Source: an uncultured virus (IMG/VR IMGVR_UViG_3300025072_000003)
Taxonomy: Duplodnaviria > Heunggongvirae > Uroviricota > Caudoviricetes
Reading direction: 5' to 3' (one strand)
Virus record (IMG/VR): IMGVR_UViG_3300025072_000003
DNA length: 64,000 bases
A model generated the notes under the pieces. That model made no database searches. It was not told where the DNA came from and was given only the letters and a program-made list of their open reading frames with translations. The position numbers were made by a program, and so were the translations under genes. Below are positions 38,594-49,338 of the stretch, piece after piece. The number at the start of each line of letters is the position of its first letter. Positions within the stretch are counted from its first letter, which is position 1.

Positions 38594-38985
38594 ACAAACT
38601 CTGAAATAATTTCATGACCAATAACCGCCTCTTCATAAGTGCAATATCGTCTCTGATACTGATCGTATTCTCCATCACTGTCATCAAAAAACATTGTCTC
38701 AAACAATATTGGCTTTCCATTGTCATAACCATAACTCATCCCAAAAAAAACCGTGGAAAGCATCTTGCCCTGTTCAAAAATGTCCGACTTTACTGACTCT
38801 ATTCCATGCCAATCATTGCACCTGATAACTTCACCAGTTTCTTGATTCAATGAATAAAAATCTGGTCCTAGTGGCTGGTAGTCAGGGTGTCTAGCTGTTG
38901 TTGAATTAAATAAAACGTCCCTCGTTGAAGGGTCGTTTATTTTAATTAATTTCGCCCAATTTTCTATAATGTCCATCATTACCAT
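38578..38985 (-). CDS. phage hypothetical protein
   Basis: STVF...LFETM.F...QRRY.T..EA..GH, a common phage family motif. Confidence 0.65.
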   Translation of the reverse strand: MVMMDIIENWAKLIKINDPSTRDVLFNSTTARHPDYQPLGPDFYSLNQETGEVIRCNDWHGIESVKSDIFEQGKMLSTVFFGMSYGYDNGKPILFETMFFDDSDGEYDQYQRRYCTYEEAVIGHEIISEFVWGLR

Positions 38986-39177
38986 TCAGAAATCAAAAAA
39001 TGCCAGCCCGACAAACTATTTCCAATCGTTCCTTCAAGTTTTATTTTGTAAGTATATGAAATGAATTTTACAGTTTTGCTATGTGACGTTGTATTCACAA
39101 CCTTCTCTATCATTTCACAACCAACAAACTCATCTTCTTTCAGTTCAGTGGTTGAAGTTATTTCAAGAATCATTGTG

Positions 39178-39525
39178 CTACCATCTTACGTCTATCAAAA
39201 TTGTTTTTACGCCTGTCAAATCAATGTTTTGATCTAACATCCAAGCTTCAAACCCCAAGCCATATGCTTCTATGAATTTATCTAAATCACCATCGTAATT
39301 ATTTGTTTCTACTTGATCACGATGATAATCAGTTATACTTTGTCGGCTTAGAGTCTCGCCCCAGGTTTGATTATCTTCATAAGGCGTGAATTCACTTCCC
39401 AATCGTAATAAGCAATCATTATAGAAGTGGTCAAAATTATTCTTGATATATTCCTTCTGCTCTTTTGGCAATTTGATCCACTCAAATATTAATACTGTTT
39501 CCCTTCTGTGTTCAAACATTTTCAT
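39178..39525 (-). CDS. hypothetical protein
   Basis: ORF in operon. Confidence 0.6.
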   Translation of the reverse strand: MKMFEHRRETVLIFEWIKLPKEQKEYIKNNFDHFYNDCLLRLGSEFTPYEDNQTWGETLSRQSITDYHRDQVETNNYDGDLDKFIEAYGLGFEAWMLDQNIDLTGVKTILIDVRW

Positions 39526-39705
39526 TTCTCAAATCATTCTTAAGAAAACGCCTAGACCTTCTAGTGTGAATCTTCTTTAGAACTTTGCGTCCTATGCTTC
39601 CACTTCCCAACTTATCGCCTGTCTTACTGCATTGCACTACCTCAAGCGGAATTCCTTTGTAAGCTGAGTAGGTTCTATGCTCTCCACAGTGTCCGTTCTT
39701 AGTTC

Positions 39706-39999
39706 TCATCCTATGTTCCCATATGTCATAAAATTTTCAGTTCCTTCGAACGGCTCACACTCATTATACTTCATATCTTCCCATTTGTAAAAATGCAATT
39801 TCTCAATAATGGGGTGAATTCCTTCTCCTACAGACTCTATCACAACGCATGGATACCACCCAGCCTCATTAATGTCGCACGCATTATTCTCAACTGCCCT
39901 GCGTGCCTCATCTAAGTCGCGATAATATCCAAAAGTGCGGTCCAGATCTGCGCCATCATCATCACGCCATTGGTGCAACGCATTAATTGTGTAAATCAT
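39706..39999 (-). CDS. phage hypothetical protein
   Basis: RTFGYY...AVENNACDINE..Y..VVIE. Confidence 0.6.
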   Translation of the reverse strand: MIYTINALHQWRDDDGADLDRTFGYYRDLDEARRAVENNACDINEAGWYPCVVIESVGEGIHPIIEKLHFYKWEDMKYNECEPFEGTENFMTYGNIG

Positions 40000-40916
40000 A
40001 TTCCAACATCCTGCAAAAATGAATCAACAGCTTTCTTAACTCCTGCTATGCCTTTTACCTTTTTTGACGTATTTGCATCTAAAAATGAAAACATGGATTT
40101 GAAGCTTTTTTCTTTTGTCCAATCAACCTTCAATATTTCAATTGGGTTTTTAGACAATTCATCCCATTTCTCCCAAGTAGAAACTTGCCTTGGAATTGAA
40201 ACCAATCTTCCATTCCACTCACTTATGCCACCTTCAAATGTAGTTCCATAAAATTCTCTAATAGCCATTTGAAGAACGTCTTCGTTATTTAATTCTTTGA
40301 AGAATTTTTTACCAACATCATATTCATCAACATACCCTGCGTCATCGCCCATGCAAACTTTGCCATTTGGATATATGTTTGGCAATGTAGCCACATAAAG
40401 CATATCATCCATGCTTTTTAATGGTTTATTTCTAAAGAAATAATGAATTTCATATTCATAGCAATTTCCATGTTTTTTAACATGAACAAAAAATACTGAG
40501 TATGGAAATGCCACTCTGTATTTATTTCGATAAGAAGAGGCAAAGTCTGGGCTGTAGATTACTTCAACAGTCCTTATTTGAGGCTTTTCCTCCACCACAA
40601 ATATCTGCGAGTGCGTATCTTTACGCGAAAAAATAACATTAGATGGCGAAAAATCAACGGCGTCACTATAATCACCAACTAATGAATTAATGGATTGCCT
40701 AAATGTCTTTGTGGCTTCATTAGTCCTTTTTCTTATCTCTCTGAGATATGCAGAAGAAACTTTTTGAGACACCTTCCGAGATACAACTTCCATCAATTCC
40801 CTACTCGCTCTTTGTCCGTCATAATTTTTCATGACAGAATTGTAGGATTTTTCAAAAATCACTTCTTTTTCTTTTTTGGACAACATATCCATTTCTCCAA
40901 ATTGTGAAACAATCAA
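39996..40916 (-). CDS. protein with prokaryotic E2 family D-like domain
   Basis: VAFPYSVF...LYVATLPNIYPNGKVCMG motif. Confidence 0.5.
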   Translation of the reverse strand: MIVSQFGEMDMLSKKEKEVIFEKSYNSVMKNYDGQRASRELMEVVSRKVSQKVSSAYLREIRKRTNEATKTFRQSINSLVGDYSDAVDFSPSNVIFSRKDTHSQIFVVEEKPQIRTVEVIYSPDFASSYRNKYRVAFPYSVFFVHVKKHGNCYEYEIHYFFRNKPLKSMDDMLYVATLPNIYPNGKVCMGDDAGYVDEYDVGKKFFKELNNEDVLQMAIREFYGTTFEGGISEWNGRLVSIPRQVSTWEKWDELSKNPIEILKVDWTKEKSFKSMFSFLDANTSKKVKGIAGVKKAVDSFLQDVGI

Positions 40917-40947
40917 TCAATCCCACAATCTTACCGTATATTTCAGA

Positions 40948-40977
40948 AAAGTGCCAGACGAAATTGTCTGGCACTTT
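40948..40977. terminator. hairpin terminator after clpX
   Basis: AAAGTGCCAGAC/GTCTGGCACTTT inverted repeat. Confidence 0.65.
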
Positions 40978-40995
40978 AAAATATTCTAATTCAGC

Positions 40996-42330
40996 TTATG
41001 CCGCTCGTTCTGGAGGCTCTAGCATTTCCGCGATACCAGTAACAACTTCCTTGGTAATTACGCATTTCTTTTCTTTCCGCTCTGGAAGTTCGAATTGAAT
41101 ATCAAGCATGACTTCCTCAAGAATGCCTCTCAATGAACGAGCGCCAGTCTTTTTGGCAACTGCTTGCTTTGCAACTTCGATCAAAGCATCATCTTCGAAA
41201 CTTAATTCCACTCCATCAACCTTGAACAGAACTTCGTATTGCTTAACCAACGCACTTTTTGGCTCGGTCAGCACTTGAACTAACTGTTCTGCTGACAAAT
41301 CTTCCAACGTAGAAATTACTGGAAGACGACCAACCAATTCTGGGATCAATCCAAAATGAATAAAATCTTCTGTGGTGGCTTGAGCAAGCAATTCATTTTT
41401 GTCAGTGATTTCATCACCAGATGAATCTGGATTAGTAAAGCCAATTCTTTTATCTTTTCCAATCCTTGTCTTAACAATGTCTTCCAATCCTCCAAATGCT
41501 CCACCACAAATAAACAAAATGTTTGTTGTGTCGATTTGGATAAATTGCTGCTCTGGATGCTTGCGACCACCTTGAGGGGGAACATTAGCAACCGTCCCTT
41601 CAAGCATTTTCAGCAACGCTTGCTGTACGCCTTCGCCAGATACATCACGAGTAATCGAAACATTCTGAGAAGTCTTTCCAATCTTGTCGATTTCGTCAAT
41701 GTAAACAATACCACGCTCAGCAGCTTCTTTATCGAAATCAGCGGCTCTCAACAGCTTCAGAAGCATGTTCTCAACGTCCTCTCCAACATAGCCTGCCTCA
41801 GTGACCGTTGTGGCGTCACAAATCGCAAAAGGGACTCCTAGAGCGTCTGCCAACGTCCTAGCCAACAGCGTCTTCCCGCAGCCTGTGGGACCAGCAATTA
41901 AAATGTTGCTTTTTTCAAGATTGATCTCAGACTCTTCTGCAATCTTGGAAATTCTTTTATAGTGATTAGTCACTCCAACAGATAATCGCTTCTTTGCACG
42001 CTCTTGACCAATGACCTCTTCATTTAAAAGATCCAAAACACTTCTGGGAGTGGGGATGTCTTTGATAAGTGAATTTCTTGGCTTTTCTTTCCTGCTGGAA
42101 TCAATCACCTTTTTGCACGCTGGCAAACACTCCCCACAAACAAACACTCCAACTGGCGATGAATTATCGTCTATTCGACTTCCATTTTGTTGGCTCCCTT
42201 CTCCTTCAACCAAAGGTCCAACAACGTCATTTTTCTTTAGACAAAAATCACAATATCGTTCGCCAACCTTTCCTTTTTGCTTGCTTTTTCGCTTTCTTTT
42301 TTCATCGTCCTTATTGGTTTCGTCAGTCAT
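40996..42330 (-). CDS. clpX: ATP-dependent Clp protease ATPase subunit ClpX
   Basis: C4 Zn finger, [51 protein letters not shown] loop. Confidence 0.97.
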   Translation of the reverse strand: MTDETNKDDEKRKRKSKQKGKVGERYCDFCLKKNDVVGPLVEGEGSQQNGSRIDDNSSPVGVFVCGECLPACKKVIDSSRKEKPRNSLIKDIPTPRSVLDLLNEEVIGQERAKKRLSVGVTNHYKRISKIAEESEINLEKSNILIAGPTGCGKTLLARTLADALGVPFAICDATTVTEAGYVGEDVENMLLKLLRAADFDKEAAERGIVYIDEIDKIGKTSQNVSITRDVSGEGVQQALLKMLEGTVANVPPQGGRKHPEQQFIQIDTTNILFICGGAFGGLEDIVKTRIGKDKRIGFTNPDSSGDEITDKNELLAQATTEDFIHFGLIPELVGRLPVISTLEDLSAEQLVQVLTEPKSALVKQYEVLFKVDGVELSFEDDALIEVAKQAVAKKTGARSLRGILEEVMLDIQFELPERKEKKCVITKEVVTGIAEMLEPPERAA

Positions 42331-42382
42331 GGTTTACCTCGAAAAGTGTATCTCTATGTTAGCACAGAAGCATGCTACGGTT

Positions 42383-42411
42383 ATTTTACTTCAAAAACAA
42401 GCAATTGTAAA
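42383..42411 (-). promoter_or_regulatory. promoter TTTACA-N17-TAAAAT with TTTTGAAG
   Basis: family member upstream of clpX. Confidence 0.7.
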
Positions 42412-42443
42412 GCCTGTGGGGGGATTAAGCATAACTCTTTAGA

Positions 42444-42800
42444 CTAATAACATCCATTTTTGCGTTTGTTTGCTATGTCACTGGCAATTACTCTTGCATC
42501 ATAGGCATCTGATAGCAATAATCCAGCAGAAAGGGATACAACATCCCCCTCAATATAACGGGAATTGAAGTTGTCGGTGTAGAAGATGTTTGCGACCGAT
42601 CCACCATATGAACCAAAGATTTCATCAATTGTGACTTTTTTTATCGCAACCTTAGTCAAAATTCCGCTTTCAGCAAGTTTTTTGGGGTACACAATAGATC
42701 CAACAGAAAACTCCGTTATCCAAACTTTTTCTATAGAAAAGTCATCTGCGCAACCTCTAATCCTAAGCCCGCCAGTTCCTTCGTATGAAAAATCAGCCAT
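42444..42800 (-). CDS. hypothetical protein (possibly virion-associated)
   Basis: coupled to 42804-43202. Confidence 0.55.
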   Translation of the reverse strand: MADFSYEGTGGLRIRGCADDFSIEKVWITEFSVGSIVYPKKLAESGILTKVAIKKVTIDEIFGSYGGSVANIFYTDNFNSRYIEGDVVSLSAGLLLSDAYDARVIASDIANKRKNGCY

Positions 42801-42803
42801 TGA

Positions 42804-43202
42804 TCAATCCATTGTTATCTTTGGTGTAAATGTCACTGTCCCTCCACCGCTTCCAAGAGTGTAAGGTCCATCTGTGAAAGTTTCATACCAAACCAACCCT
42901 GAACTCAATGTGACGTAATATCCACGCAATGTAGCATCTTCCGTAAAGGTGAATGCTACATCAGTGTATTCAGCCGTTGTGATTTGAGTTCCTGTTTCTG
43001 TAGATATAACCCAAGTAGCACCAACTGTTGTTACTGAAGAGTATCCTGCCTCGGTAGCTTCTGTGAAATCAGAAAGAACGGTATCTTGTCCGTCTGGTAC
43101 AACATTTGTATATAAATGAACCACTAAATCAGCTTGAGAAGTCTGATTTACTAAAACTTTGAGCATTGTCTGCTCGCCAACATTAGGTGCTATTAATGAC
43201 AT
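42804..43202 (-). CDS. putative virion structural protein
   Basis: Thr/Gly-rich beta protein, HLYTN...DFTEAT..GY, typical of tail-associated proteins. Confidence 0.5.
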   Translation of the reverse strand: MSLIAPNVGEQTMLKVLVNQTSQADLVVHLYTNVVPDGQDTVLSDFTEATEAGYSSVTTVGATWVISTETGTQITTAEYTDVAFTFTEDATLRGYYVTLSSGLVWYETFTDGPYTLGSGGGTVTFTPKITMD

Positions 43203-43259
43203 ACATTATTTAGCCTTAATGGGGCGTTTATTTTTTATTTCTTTATCATAGATACATTC

Positions 43260-43604
43260 ATGCAATCATTTTCAGAATGGATAAAAGAAACGAACGTAAA
43301 CCACGAAAAGTTGGGTGGCGTTCACGGAATATATGGCAATGATATTCACGATGCAGAAATGCCTTTGGTTCATCTATTGTATCCAATAATAATGAAGTCA
43401 TTAAAATCTCGACCAAAAGTAGAGATGTTCGATGAACTTGTTGAAGCTTTGCCTGTAGCTTTCTCTATGGCAATCCCAGAGATTAAAGCACTCCCAGCGA
43501 TTTATGGGCAAGCAGCATTACGTGAATTGCGAAACAAGTTAGAAGAACTTGATGCCATTGAAGGTCCAGTTCGCCCTGATGAAGACGAATGGAATAATAG
43601 ATAA
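43260..43604 (+). CDS. hypothetical protein with MQSFSEWIKE N-terminus
   Basis: N-terminus resembles T4-type capsid-targeting leaders. Confidence 0.55.
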   Translation: MQSFSEWIKETNVNHEKLGGVHGIYGNDIHDAEMPLVHLLYPIIMKSLKSRPKVEMFDELVEALPVAFSMAIPEIKALPAIYGQAALRELRNKLEELDAIEGPVRPDEDEWNNR

Positions 43605-43605
43605 G

Positions 43606-44247
43606 TTAATTATCAAACCAAAATATAAATCTTGGCGTCACTCCAGACTCTTCAAGAGACTTCATTGCTAAATGTATGGCAGCAATTTCTAGTGGGCATT
43701 TCAAATTTCCAACTTCTTTTGATATTATAGCAGCCTTTTCTTTTTTCCATTTACTATCATACGGAAGACCATGATCGTCCCTAACCTTATATCCTTCTGG
43801 CATATCTGGCCATGTTCCATCTTCATTTCTTGACAGACACTTTAGATCTTCTGCTTTGATTTCACAATATTGATCAATTGCCTTTCCTAGTTCTTCTGTT
43901 GTCAGCCAAGAGTGCGAATGCCAATCTGGACCCCAAACACGCATTTTTGTGTCATCTACATAGTCGTTTCCCCAACGTTCTGCGTCACTACGACTACAAC
44001 ATCCTTCTTCACGATCATCTTCATCTTCTATGATAATAAGAGATGCTTCAGCAAGCGTCTTCCAAGACAATATATCTGGCAATCCCTTTTGTGGAACTAT
44101 TGGAGTTTGTCCTCCACGAACCCCTGCCAACACTCCAAACAACTCGTAATTTCTGTCGATTCTGAACGCTCCTAAATGATGAATTGAAGGATTTGTTCTT
44201 GAATTGTTTATTTTATAATCAACGTAACCGTGAATGTCGCAACCCAT
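43606..44247 (-). CDS. phage hypothetical protein
   Basis: MGCDIH...RNYELFGVLAGVR...HSHSWLT..EL...FWFDN, a common phage family. Confidence 0.75.
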   Translation of the reverse strand: MGCDIHGYVDYKINNSRTNPSIHHLGAFRIDRNYELFGVLAGVRGGQTPIVPQKGLPDILSWKTLAEASLIIIEDEDDREEGCCSRSDAERWGNDYVDDTKMRVWGPDWHSHSWLTTEELGKAIDQYCEIKAEDLKCLSRNEDGTWPDMPEGYKVRDDHGLPYDSKWKKEKAAIISKEVGNLKCPLEIAAIHLAMKSLEESGVTPRFIFWFDN

Positions 44248-44251
44248 TACT

Positions 44252-44572
44252 TTATCCCTGTTCTTTAGGCTCTTGAGACGAAAACTTCAAATTGCCTTTT
44301 TGTGGTTCAATACTGAATTTCAAAGTGGACACATCATACCCACGTCTTTCCATTTCTTTTTCAAACTCAGTGTCAAATATGCTGCACAAATAATGTCCAT
44401 CAGAATGAGTCGAATGCCCCCATGGATAATGGAACAACAACTCTTGTTCCTTTTTGGAATAGACTACACGTAGTTTGTCTTGCATTTTCATTCTACAATT
44501 AACCCCAACTGTTCTGGAGAATACTTCTTTGTGCTTAGAACATGCTCTAAAACTCTTAAACGAGACGCCCAC
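44252..44572 (-). CDS. hypothetical protein (start probably MKMQDKL)
   Basis: ERRGYDVSTLKFSIE motif. Confidence 0.5.
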   Translation of the reverse strand: MGVSFKSFRACSKHKEVFSRTVGVNCRMKMQDKLRVVYSKKEQELLFHYPWGHSTHSDGHYLCSIFDTEFEKEMERRGYDVSTLKFSIEPQKGNLKFSSQEPKEQG

Positions 44573-44982
44573 ATAATTTCTGATATTGTTCTAGCACTTT
44601 TAATTTCTGCGTTAAATTTGTTCTCTTTGAACTTCTTTAAAAAAGGGCTATCTACTCCAGCACACCACTCAGCCTCTCCCATTAATGTCAATTCAACGCC
44701 AGGAACATTCGTTGGAGGATGAAAATGAAATTCATCATGCACTCTATCAATTTCATAAAGATCAATTTCTCCGTCTTCGACATTAAATGGTCTAAGACCT
44801 TCCCAAGTTGGCTCTACATCAGAGGGACTATTGATGCTATATGTTTGCCATGGAAGAGTGTCATTATTATAACTCATCTCAATTCCAGAGTAATCACAAA
44901 TACAATCTCTAGACCTTTTCCACACTTCAATTGGATCGCCTGTGTTGGGGTCGTATTTTTTTACTTCTTTGAATAGGTACAT
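44488..44982 (-). CDS. hypothetical protein
   Basis: ORF in operon. Confidence 0.6.
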   Translation of the reverse strand: MYLFKEVKKYDPNTGDPIEVWKRSRDCICDYSGIEMSYNNDTLPWQTYSINSPSDVEPTWEGLRPFNVEDGEIDLYEIDRVHDEFHFHPPTNVPGVELTLMGEAEWCAGVDSPFLKKFKENKFNAEIKSARTISEIMWASRLRVLEHVLSTKKYSPEQLGLIVE

Positions 44983-45584
44983 TATTCTTCTTCTTTCAGT
45001 TCACGCAATTTATCACGCAAATAGTAATATTCAAGATCCTTATATGTAATCGAATTCCCTCTGTCCAATTTACCACATCGCGCATCCAGAAAAGTAAGCA
45101 TAATGCCCATTTCATCCTCATCTAGATTTAAGCTGTAGTTTTTCACCTATTAGTCCTTTCAAATCTTCCATCAACACCAAACTCTCTTAAGTTTGATGCC
45201 CATGTTCTGAGATCGCCTTGAACTTCGCGGTCATTCTCTCCGACAAGATCATCTTGACGATCAAGAACATCAGCTAATAGTTCTAGTAGCGATGGATCTG
45301 GCAACAAATGTTCTGGAATTTCTACCATTTTTTATCTTTCTTCAAAAGGCTCCAAACTAACGCTTCTCTTTAATATCCCTACCATAGCATCTTTTTGAGC
45401 CTTATTCCCCTTGCCATCGTTCGTCAAAAGTATGCAAAGCAACTCTGGGATTGACATGTCTTCTATCCCTTTTTTTGCCCACTTTTTATATGCTGCTGTG
45501 TCTTTATTTTCTTCGTAAGCGTAGTTCTCTACTTCTTTAATTAAATTCTCTATCATTTCTATCCTTTTGCCCCTATATTAAGAT

Positions 45585-46109
45585 ATGAGAATAGATCACA
45601 TTGCTTACCGTGTTGCTGATCGTGTAAAATCAGCACAATTTTTCATTGACGCTCTTGGTTATAAAATACAAACCACATTTGAGCTTGAATTCGATGATGG
45701 TTCAACCACATCCTGCATAGCACTGGCTCCTCCAGAAAAGCTTGATACACATCCTTGGACACACCTAATTGGTGGCGTAATGGAAATGCATTGCCCGCCT
45801 GAAGTGTTTGTCAGTGATGGTCCATCTGACTCTATCGTTGGCAAATGGGTTGCCGCTCGTGATGGGGTTGGAGGAATTCATCACATTGCATATCAAGTTG
45901 ACTCTGTTTCTGAAACAATGAAGGAATGGCGTGAAAAGGGCTATGCTGAATTTACAACTGATGAACCTTTAACTTGTCCAGACTTAGTTCAGTGCTTTAC
46001 AAAGCCAAGTTCTCTTACTGGCACAATATATGAATTCATTGAACGTGGCGCACATGGATTTTGTGTGGAAAATGTCAAGGATCTTATGAATTCAACTAAA
46101 GGTCTTTAA
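45585..46109 (+). CDS. VOC/glyoxalase family protein (HPPD C-terminal-like)
   Basis: RIDHIAYRV, GGIHHIAYQV, QCFTKP, YEFIERGAHGF. Confidence 0.8.
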   Translation: MRIDHIAYRVADRVKSAQFFIDALGYKIQTTFELEFDDGSTTSCIALAPPEKLDTHPWTHLIGGVMEMHCPPEVFVSDGPSDSIVGKWVAARDGVGGIHHIAYQVDSVSETMKEWREKGYAEFTTDEPLTCPDLVQCFTKPSSLTGTIYEFIERGAHGFCVENVKDLMNSTKGL

Positions 46110-46214
46110 TTTTCTTTTGGGAATATATCGCTTTTGCAATTCGGACATTCCCACGGTGTTTTCAAAAACTTAGCGCCTGCTTGAGTGACAAAAACCTTGC
46201 CTGATTCAACGTCT

Positions 46215-46526
46215 TTAAGTTTCATCACTCACCCCACAAACCCTATAATTGAAATCTGCCTTTTCAACTCTTGATCCTGTCGAATTGCGATACTCAACAT
46301 AGCATCTATACCACACTTCGCCACTATCTAATATTCCACCCATAACGTCACGGTTGTGATCATCCCACTTCTCAAAATCGTACTCAAACTCCATCTCATC
46401 AACACCTTCTGGAATGTCAATTTCTTTTGTTCTTCTTCCACAAGATTCAATGACTATTCGCCTATTTTTCTCCAAACGCTTAGCTGATGGAGTTTGAATT
46501 TTGATTTTGCACTTCATCAGTCGCAA
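46215..46526 (-). CDS. hypothetical protein
   Basis: ORF in operon. Confidence 0.5.
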   Translation of the reverse strand: MRLMKCKIKIQTPSAKRLEKNRRIVIESCGRRTKEIDIPEGVDEMEFEYDFEKWDDHNRDVMGGILDSGEVWYRCYVEYRNSTGSRVEKADFNYRVCGVSDET

Positions 46527-47449
46527 CCTCCACTGTCACAACCGCCGCCACTGTCGCTGCTGCCGTAGTCACTTCCGCCACTCCATCCACCACTTGATGG
46601 AGGATCATATGAGGGTGTTGGCGGCTCATACACTGGTGCTGGGGGGTCATACCTTTGATCATCTAAGCGATGGGACATTTCATCCAAAACTTCTTGGTTG
46701 CTGACAGATCGGATACCTTGTCCCTCCTCGACTGTTGGAACGGGCGAATCCACATTAAAATTTTCAAACTCTTCGGCTGTGTAGAAACCATCGACAAGAC
46801 CATCTGCATCACATGAGGGAAACACCTCTGAATAATAATCTAATGGTTCTACAAATCCATCAAATAAGAAATGGCAAAAGATCATGTCTTCCATCAAGTC
46901 GCTAAAGTCATAGATTGAATCATTGTTTTCGAAAAACGTTTGATTCAATCTCTGGCTAGACCTTCGATACTTAGATTTGACCAACTTAACCGGGACAGTG
47001 CCATTGCTTAGCTTGGGTTGCGTTTTTTCTTCGCACTTTGAAACTCTCCATGCCCCACGATCTCTTTGAAGCTTGTTAGCAACAGACTCAGAAAAATAAT
47101 TTTTGTCCCATTGAGCAGAAACTTTATATCTTGCATTTTCAAGATATAATTTTCCATCACCATGTTGAGATTTGGTCAACTTTTCTTGTGCCTCTAAATT
47201 AACCTCTTGCGGACCTTCTGGCGTAATTGCTGTCAGGTTTTTGAAATCAAATTCATCGGCAGGAACAAAATCCCACTTATTGTTTTCAGCAATAAATAAA
47301 AGTGGAGCACCAAGTCCATCACTGTTCGCAACTTCTGGGTTGCTATCGCATCCACCACAATCACCTGCACAAGAATTTGCAGATTTCGAAGCTATAAAAA
47401 CTCCAAGCACCAACAAAGACACAACAACTAAAACGACTAAAAATCCCAT
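46517..47449 (-). CDS. membrane-anchored protein with Gly/Ser/Asp-rich tail
   Basis: N-terminal TM, C-terminal SSDSGGGCDSGGCD. Confidence 0.7.
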   Translation of the reverse strand: MGFLVVLVVVSLLVLGVFIASKSANSCAGDCGGCDSNPEVANSDGLGAPLLFIAENNKWDFVPADEFDFKNLTAITPEGPQEVNLEAQEKLTKSQHGDGKLYLENARYKVSAQWDKNYFSESVANKLQRDRGAWRVSKCEEKTQPKLSNGTVPVKLVKSKYRRSSQRLNQTFFENNDSIYDFSDLMEDMIFCHFLFDGFVEPLDYYSEVFPSCDADGLVDGFYTAEEFENFNVDSPVPTVEEGQGIRSVSNQEVLDEMSHRLDDQRYDPPAPVYEPPTPSYDPPSSGGWSGGSDYGSSDSGGGCDSGGCD

Positions 47450-47487
47450 TTCATTTCTCCAATTGTTAAAAAATCAATTTCACAAAC

Positions 47488-47516
47488 ATTATACTTCAAA
47501 ACATTACATTTGACAA
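47488..47516 (-). promoter_or_regulatory. promoter TTGTCA-N17-TATAAT with TTTTGAAG
   Basis: family member. Confidence 0.75.
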
Positions 47517-47577
47517 CAAAAAAAACTAACCATCTTACTATTTTAGTGTAATCTAATCTCTAAAGACAGGAAGTTTT

Positions 47578-47742
47578 ATGCTCGTTTTATCACGAAAAAA
47601 GGACGAAAGAATAGTATTGAAAGATGGCGACAACAATGAAGTCGCTGTAATCACAGTAGTTCGCATTGACCAAAACAAAGTCAGAGTAGGAATTGAAGCT
47701 GACGATGAAATAGTCATTTTGAGGGAAGAGTTAGTTACTTAA
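47578..47742 (+). CDS. csrA: carbon storage regulator CsrA homologue (54 aa, absent from ORF track)
   Basis: MLVLSRKKDERIVL...ITVVRIDQNKVRVGIEADDEIVILREEL; AGGAA RBS. Confidence 0.85.
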   Translation: MLVLSRKKDERIVLKDGDNNEVAVITVVRIDQNKVRVGIEADDEIVILREELVT

Positions 47743-48246
47743 CTCATCCAATATAAGAGGTTTAATCCTATTTCTATATTCATCAGAATGTATATCCCAA
47801 AAATGTCTTGCATAATACACTACAGCTTCGGGCAATAGGATTCCTCCCTCTTTTTTATCGTACAAATCAATGCATTTATGCGCCCAAACAACAACATCTT
47901 CATCAGTTGGAGTGCTTTCCCATGGATCTGAAGATCTAATCCAAGGCGTATCAACTGAAGGCGTGTATCCATTTGGCTTGCAAGGAGGATTTCCAGCGGG
48001 CGTCAAAACTTTTGTTGAGAATACTGCGTCACGAAGAACTTTCCTCTCTTCTTTTCTTTCATCTACATCTTCTGCGCGATGCGATTCCGATTCAGTTTTC
48101 GTAACCTTTGGAATCGTCTCTTTGCGATGCGTTTCTGATTCCGTTTTCGTAACCTTTGGAATCGTCTCTTTGCTTTCATTGCCAAAAAGCTTAAACTTTT
48201 TTTTCTTAGGTGCTTGTGGCTTTTTGAAATCTGGTCCTTTTTCCAT
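47731..48246 (-). CDS. hypothetical protein with 16-aa tandem repeat
   Basis: KETIPKVTKTESE(T/S)HR twice. Confidence 0.6.
   Translation of the reverse strand: MEKGPDFKKPQAPKKKKFKLFGNESKETIPKVTKTESETHRKETIPKVTKTESESHRAEDVDERKEERKVLRDAVFSTKVLTPAGNPPCKPNGYTPSVDTPWIRSSDPWESTPTDEDVVVWAHKCIDLYDKKEGGILLPEAVVYYARHFWDIHSDEYRNRIKPLILDELSN
48076..48171. repeat. 48-bp tandem duplication
   Basis: two near-identical 48-bp units. Confidence 0.85.
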
Positions 48247-48255
48247 AGTAATATC

Positions 48256-49284
48256 CTATTTCAATAGATCGCTTATAGATGCGCCAACATGCGTTCTTCT
48301 TATCGCTTGCGCAAATAATTTAGCAGTTGATATTGTAGTCAAACTATTTTTGAGCTTCTCACTCAGCCTAAAGTCAGAGTATATTGTATCAGTAACAACC
48401 AAACGATCAATCCCAGCTAAGTGTTTATTTGCATCACCAACAAATAATCCATGTGTCGCACAAACCGCCCACACTTTCCCTCCACCAGATTCGACCGCTC
48501 TCTGTGATATTGCCACCGTTTTTCCGCTTCCAATCATGTCGTCAAGGATAATCGCGTATTTGTCCTTAATATCGCCAATTATTTTTTCGCCCTTGGCAAC
48601 TCCATCAATTCTACTTTTATCAACATAAACAACATCAATGTCTCTCTTTAGTCGATTAACCAATGCATTTCTAAATCTTTTAGCACGTCCCATACCGCCA
48701 GCGTCAGGTGCTAAAATTACAAAATCTCTGTCTGGCACATTTTCAACAACCCAATCAACTATTAGATTTTTGGCTTCTAGATTATCCGTTTGAATACGAA
48801 AGGCATTTTGAAATGCAGCTAAATTGTGAACGTCCATGGTCAAAACACGGTCAATGCCAGCACTCTCTATATATTTGGCTATATATTTTGTGTAAATGGG
48901 CTCACGACTCTTAACCTTTCTGTCTTGCCTAGAATAAGCAAGGTAGGGGATTACTGCTGTTATTTTGTCGGCAGACGCATCTTTAAGAGAATCAGCGAAC
49001 ATCAACATTTTAACAAATTTGTCATTTGGAGATTCGCCAACAATAGAAATCGAACCTTCATTCTGCAAACAACGCACATCCCCATAGAGGGATTGGATTA
49101 TATATACGTCACTTCCCCTGATGTTTTCCAATGCACGAAAATAAGGCTCTCCATCATCGTGAGTTGATTCTTCTATTGGAGATAGTGAAAAGTTTGGATC
49201 ATCTGTAACCTCCCTAATCCCTCGCTCAACTCTACGTGAAAAATCTACGGAAGAACCAAGACCAAATACCCTAATGTCTGACAT
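48256..49284 (-). CDS. prs: ribose-phosphate pyrophosphokinase family protein
   Basis: IRGSDVYIIQS, PYLAYSRQDRK, MDVHN, APDAGG, DDMIGSGKT, ATHGLF. Confidence 0.88.
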   Translation of the reverse strand: MSDIRVFGLGSSVDFSRRVERGIREVTDDPNFSLSPIEESTHDDGEPYFRALENIRGSDVYIIQSLYGDVRCLQNEGSISIVGESPNDKFVKMLMFADSLKDASADKITAVIPYLAYSRQDRKVKSREPIYTKYIAKYIESAGIDRVLTMDVHNLAAFQNAFRIQTDNLEAKNLIVDWVVENVPDRDFVILAPDAGGMGRAKRFRNALVNRLKRDIDVVYVDKSRIDGVAKGEKIIGDIKDKYAIILDDMIGSGKTVAISQRAVESGGGKVWAVCATHGLFVGDANKHLAGIDRLVVTDTIYSDFRLSEKLKNSLTTISTAKLFAQAIRRTHVGASISDLLK

Positions 49285-49338
49285 TTTGTGCGCCTATAAA
49301 ATGTTAAAACATGATTGTAACCAATCATCAGTTACATA

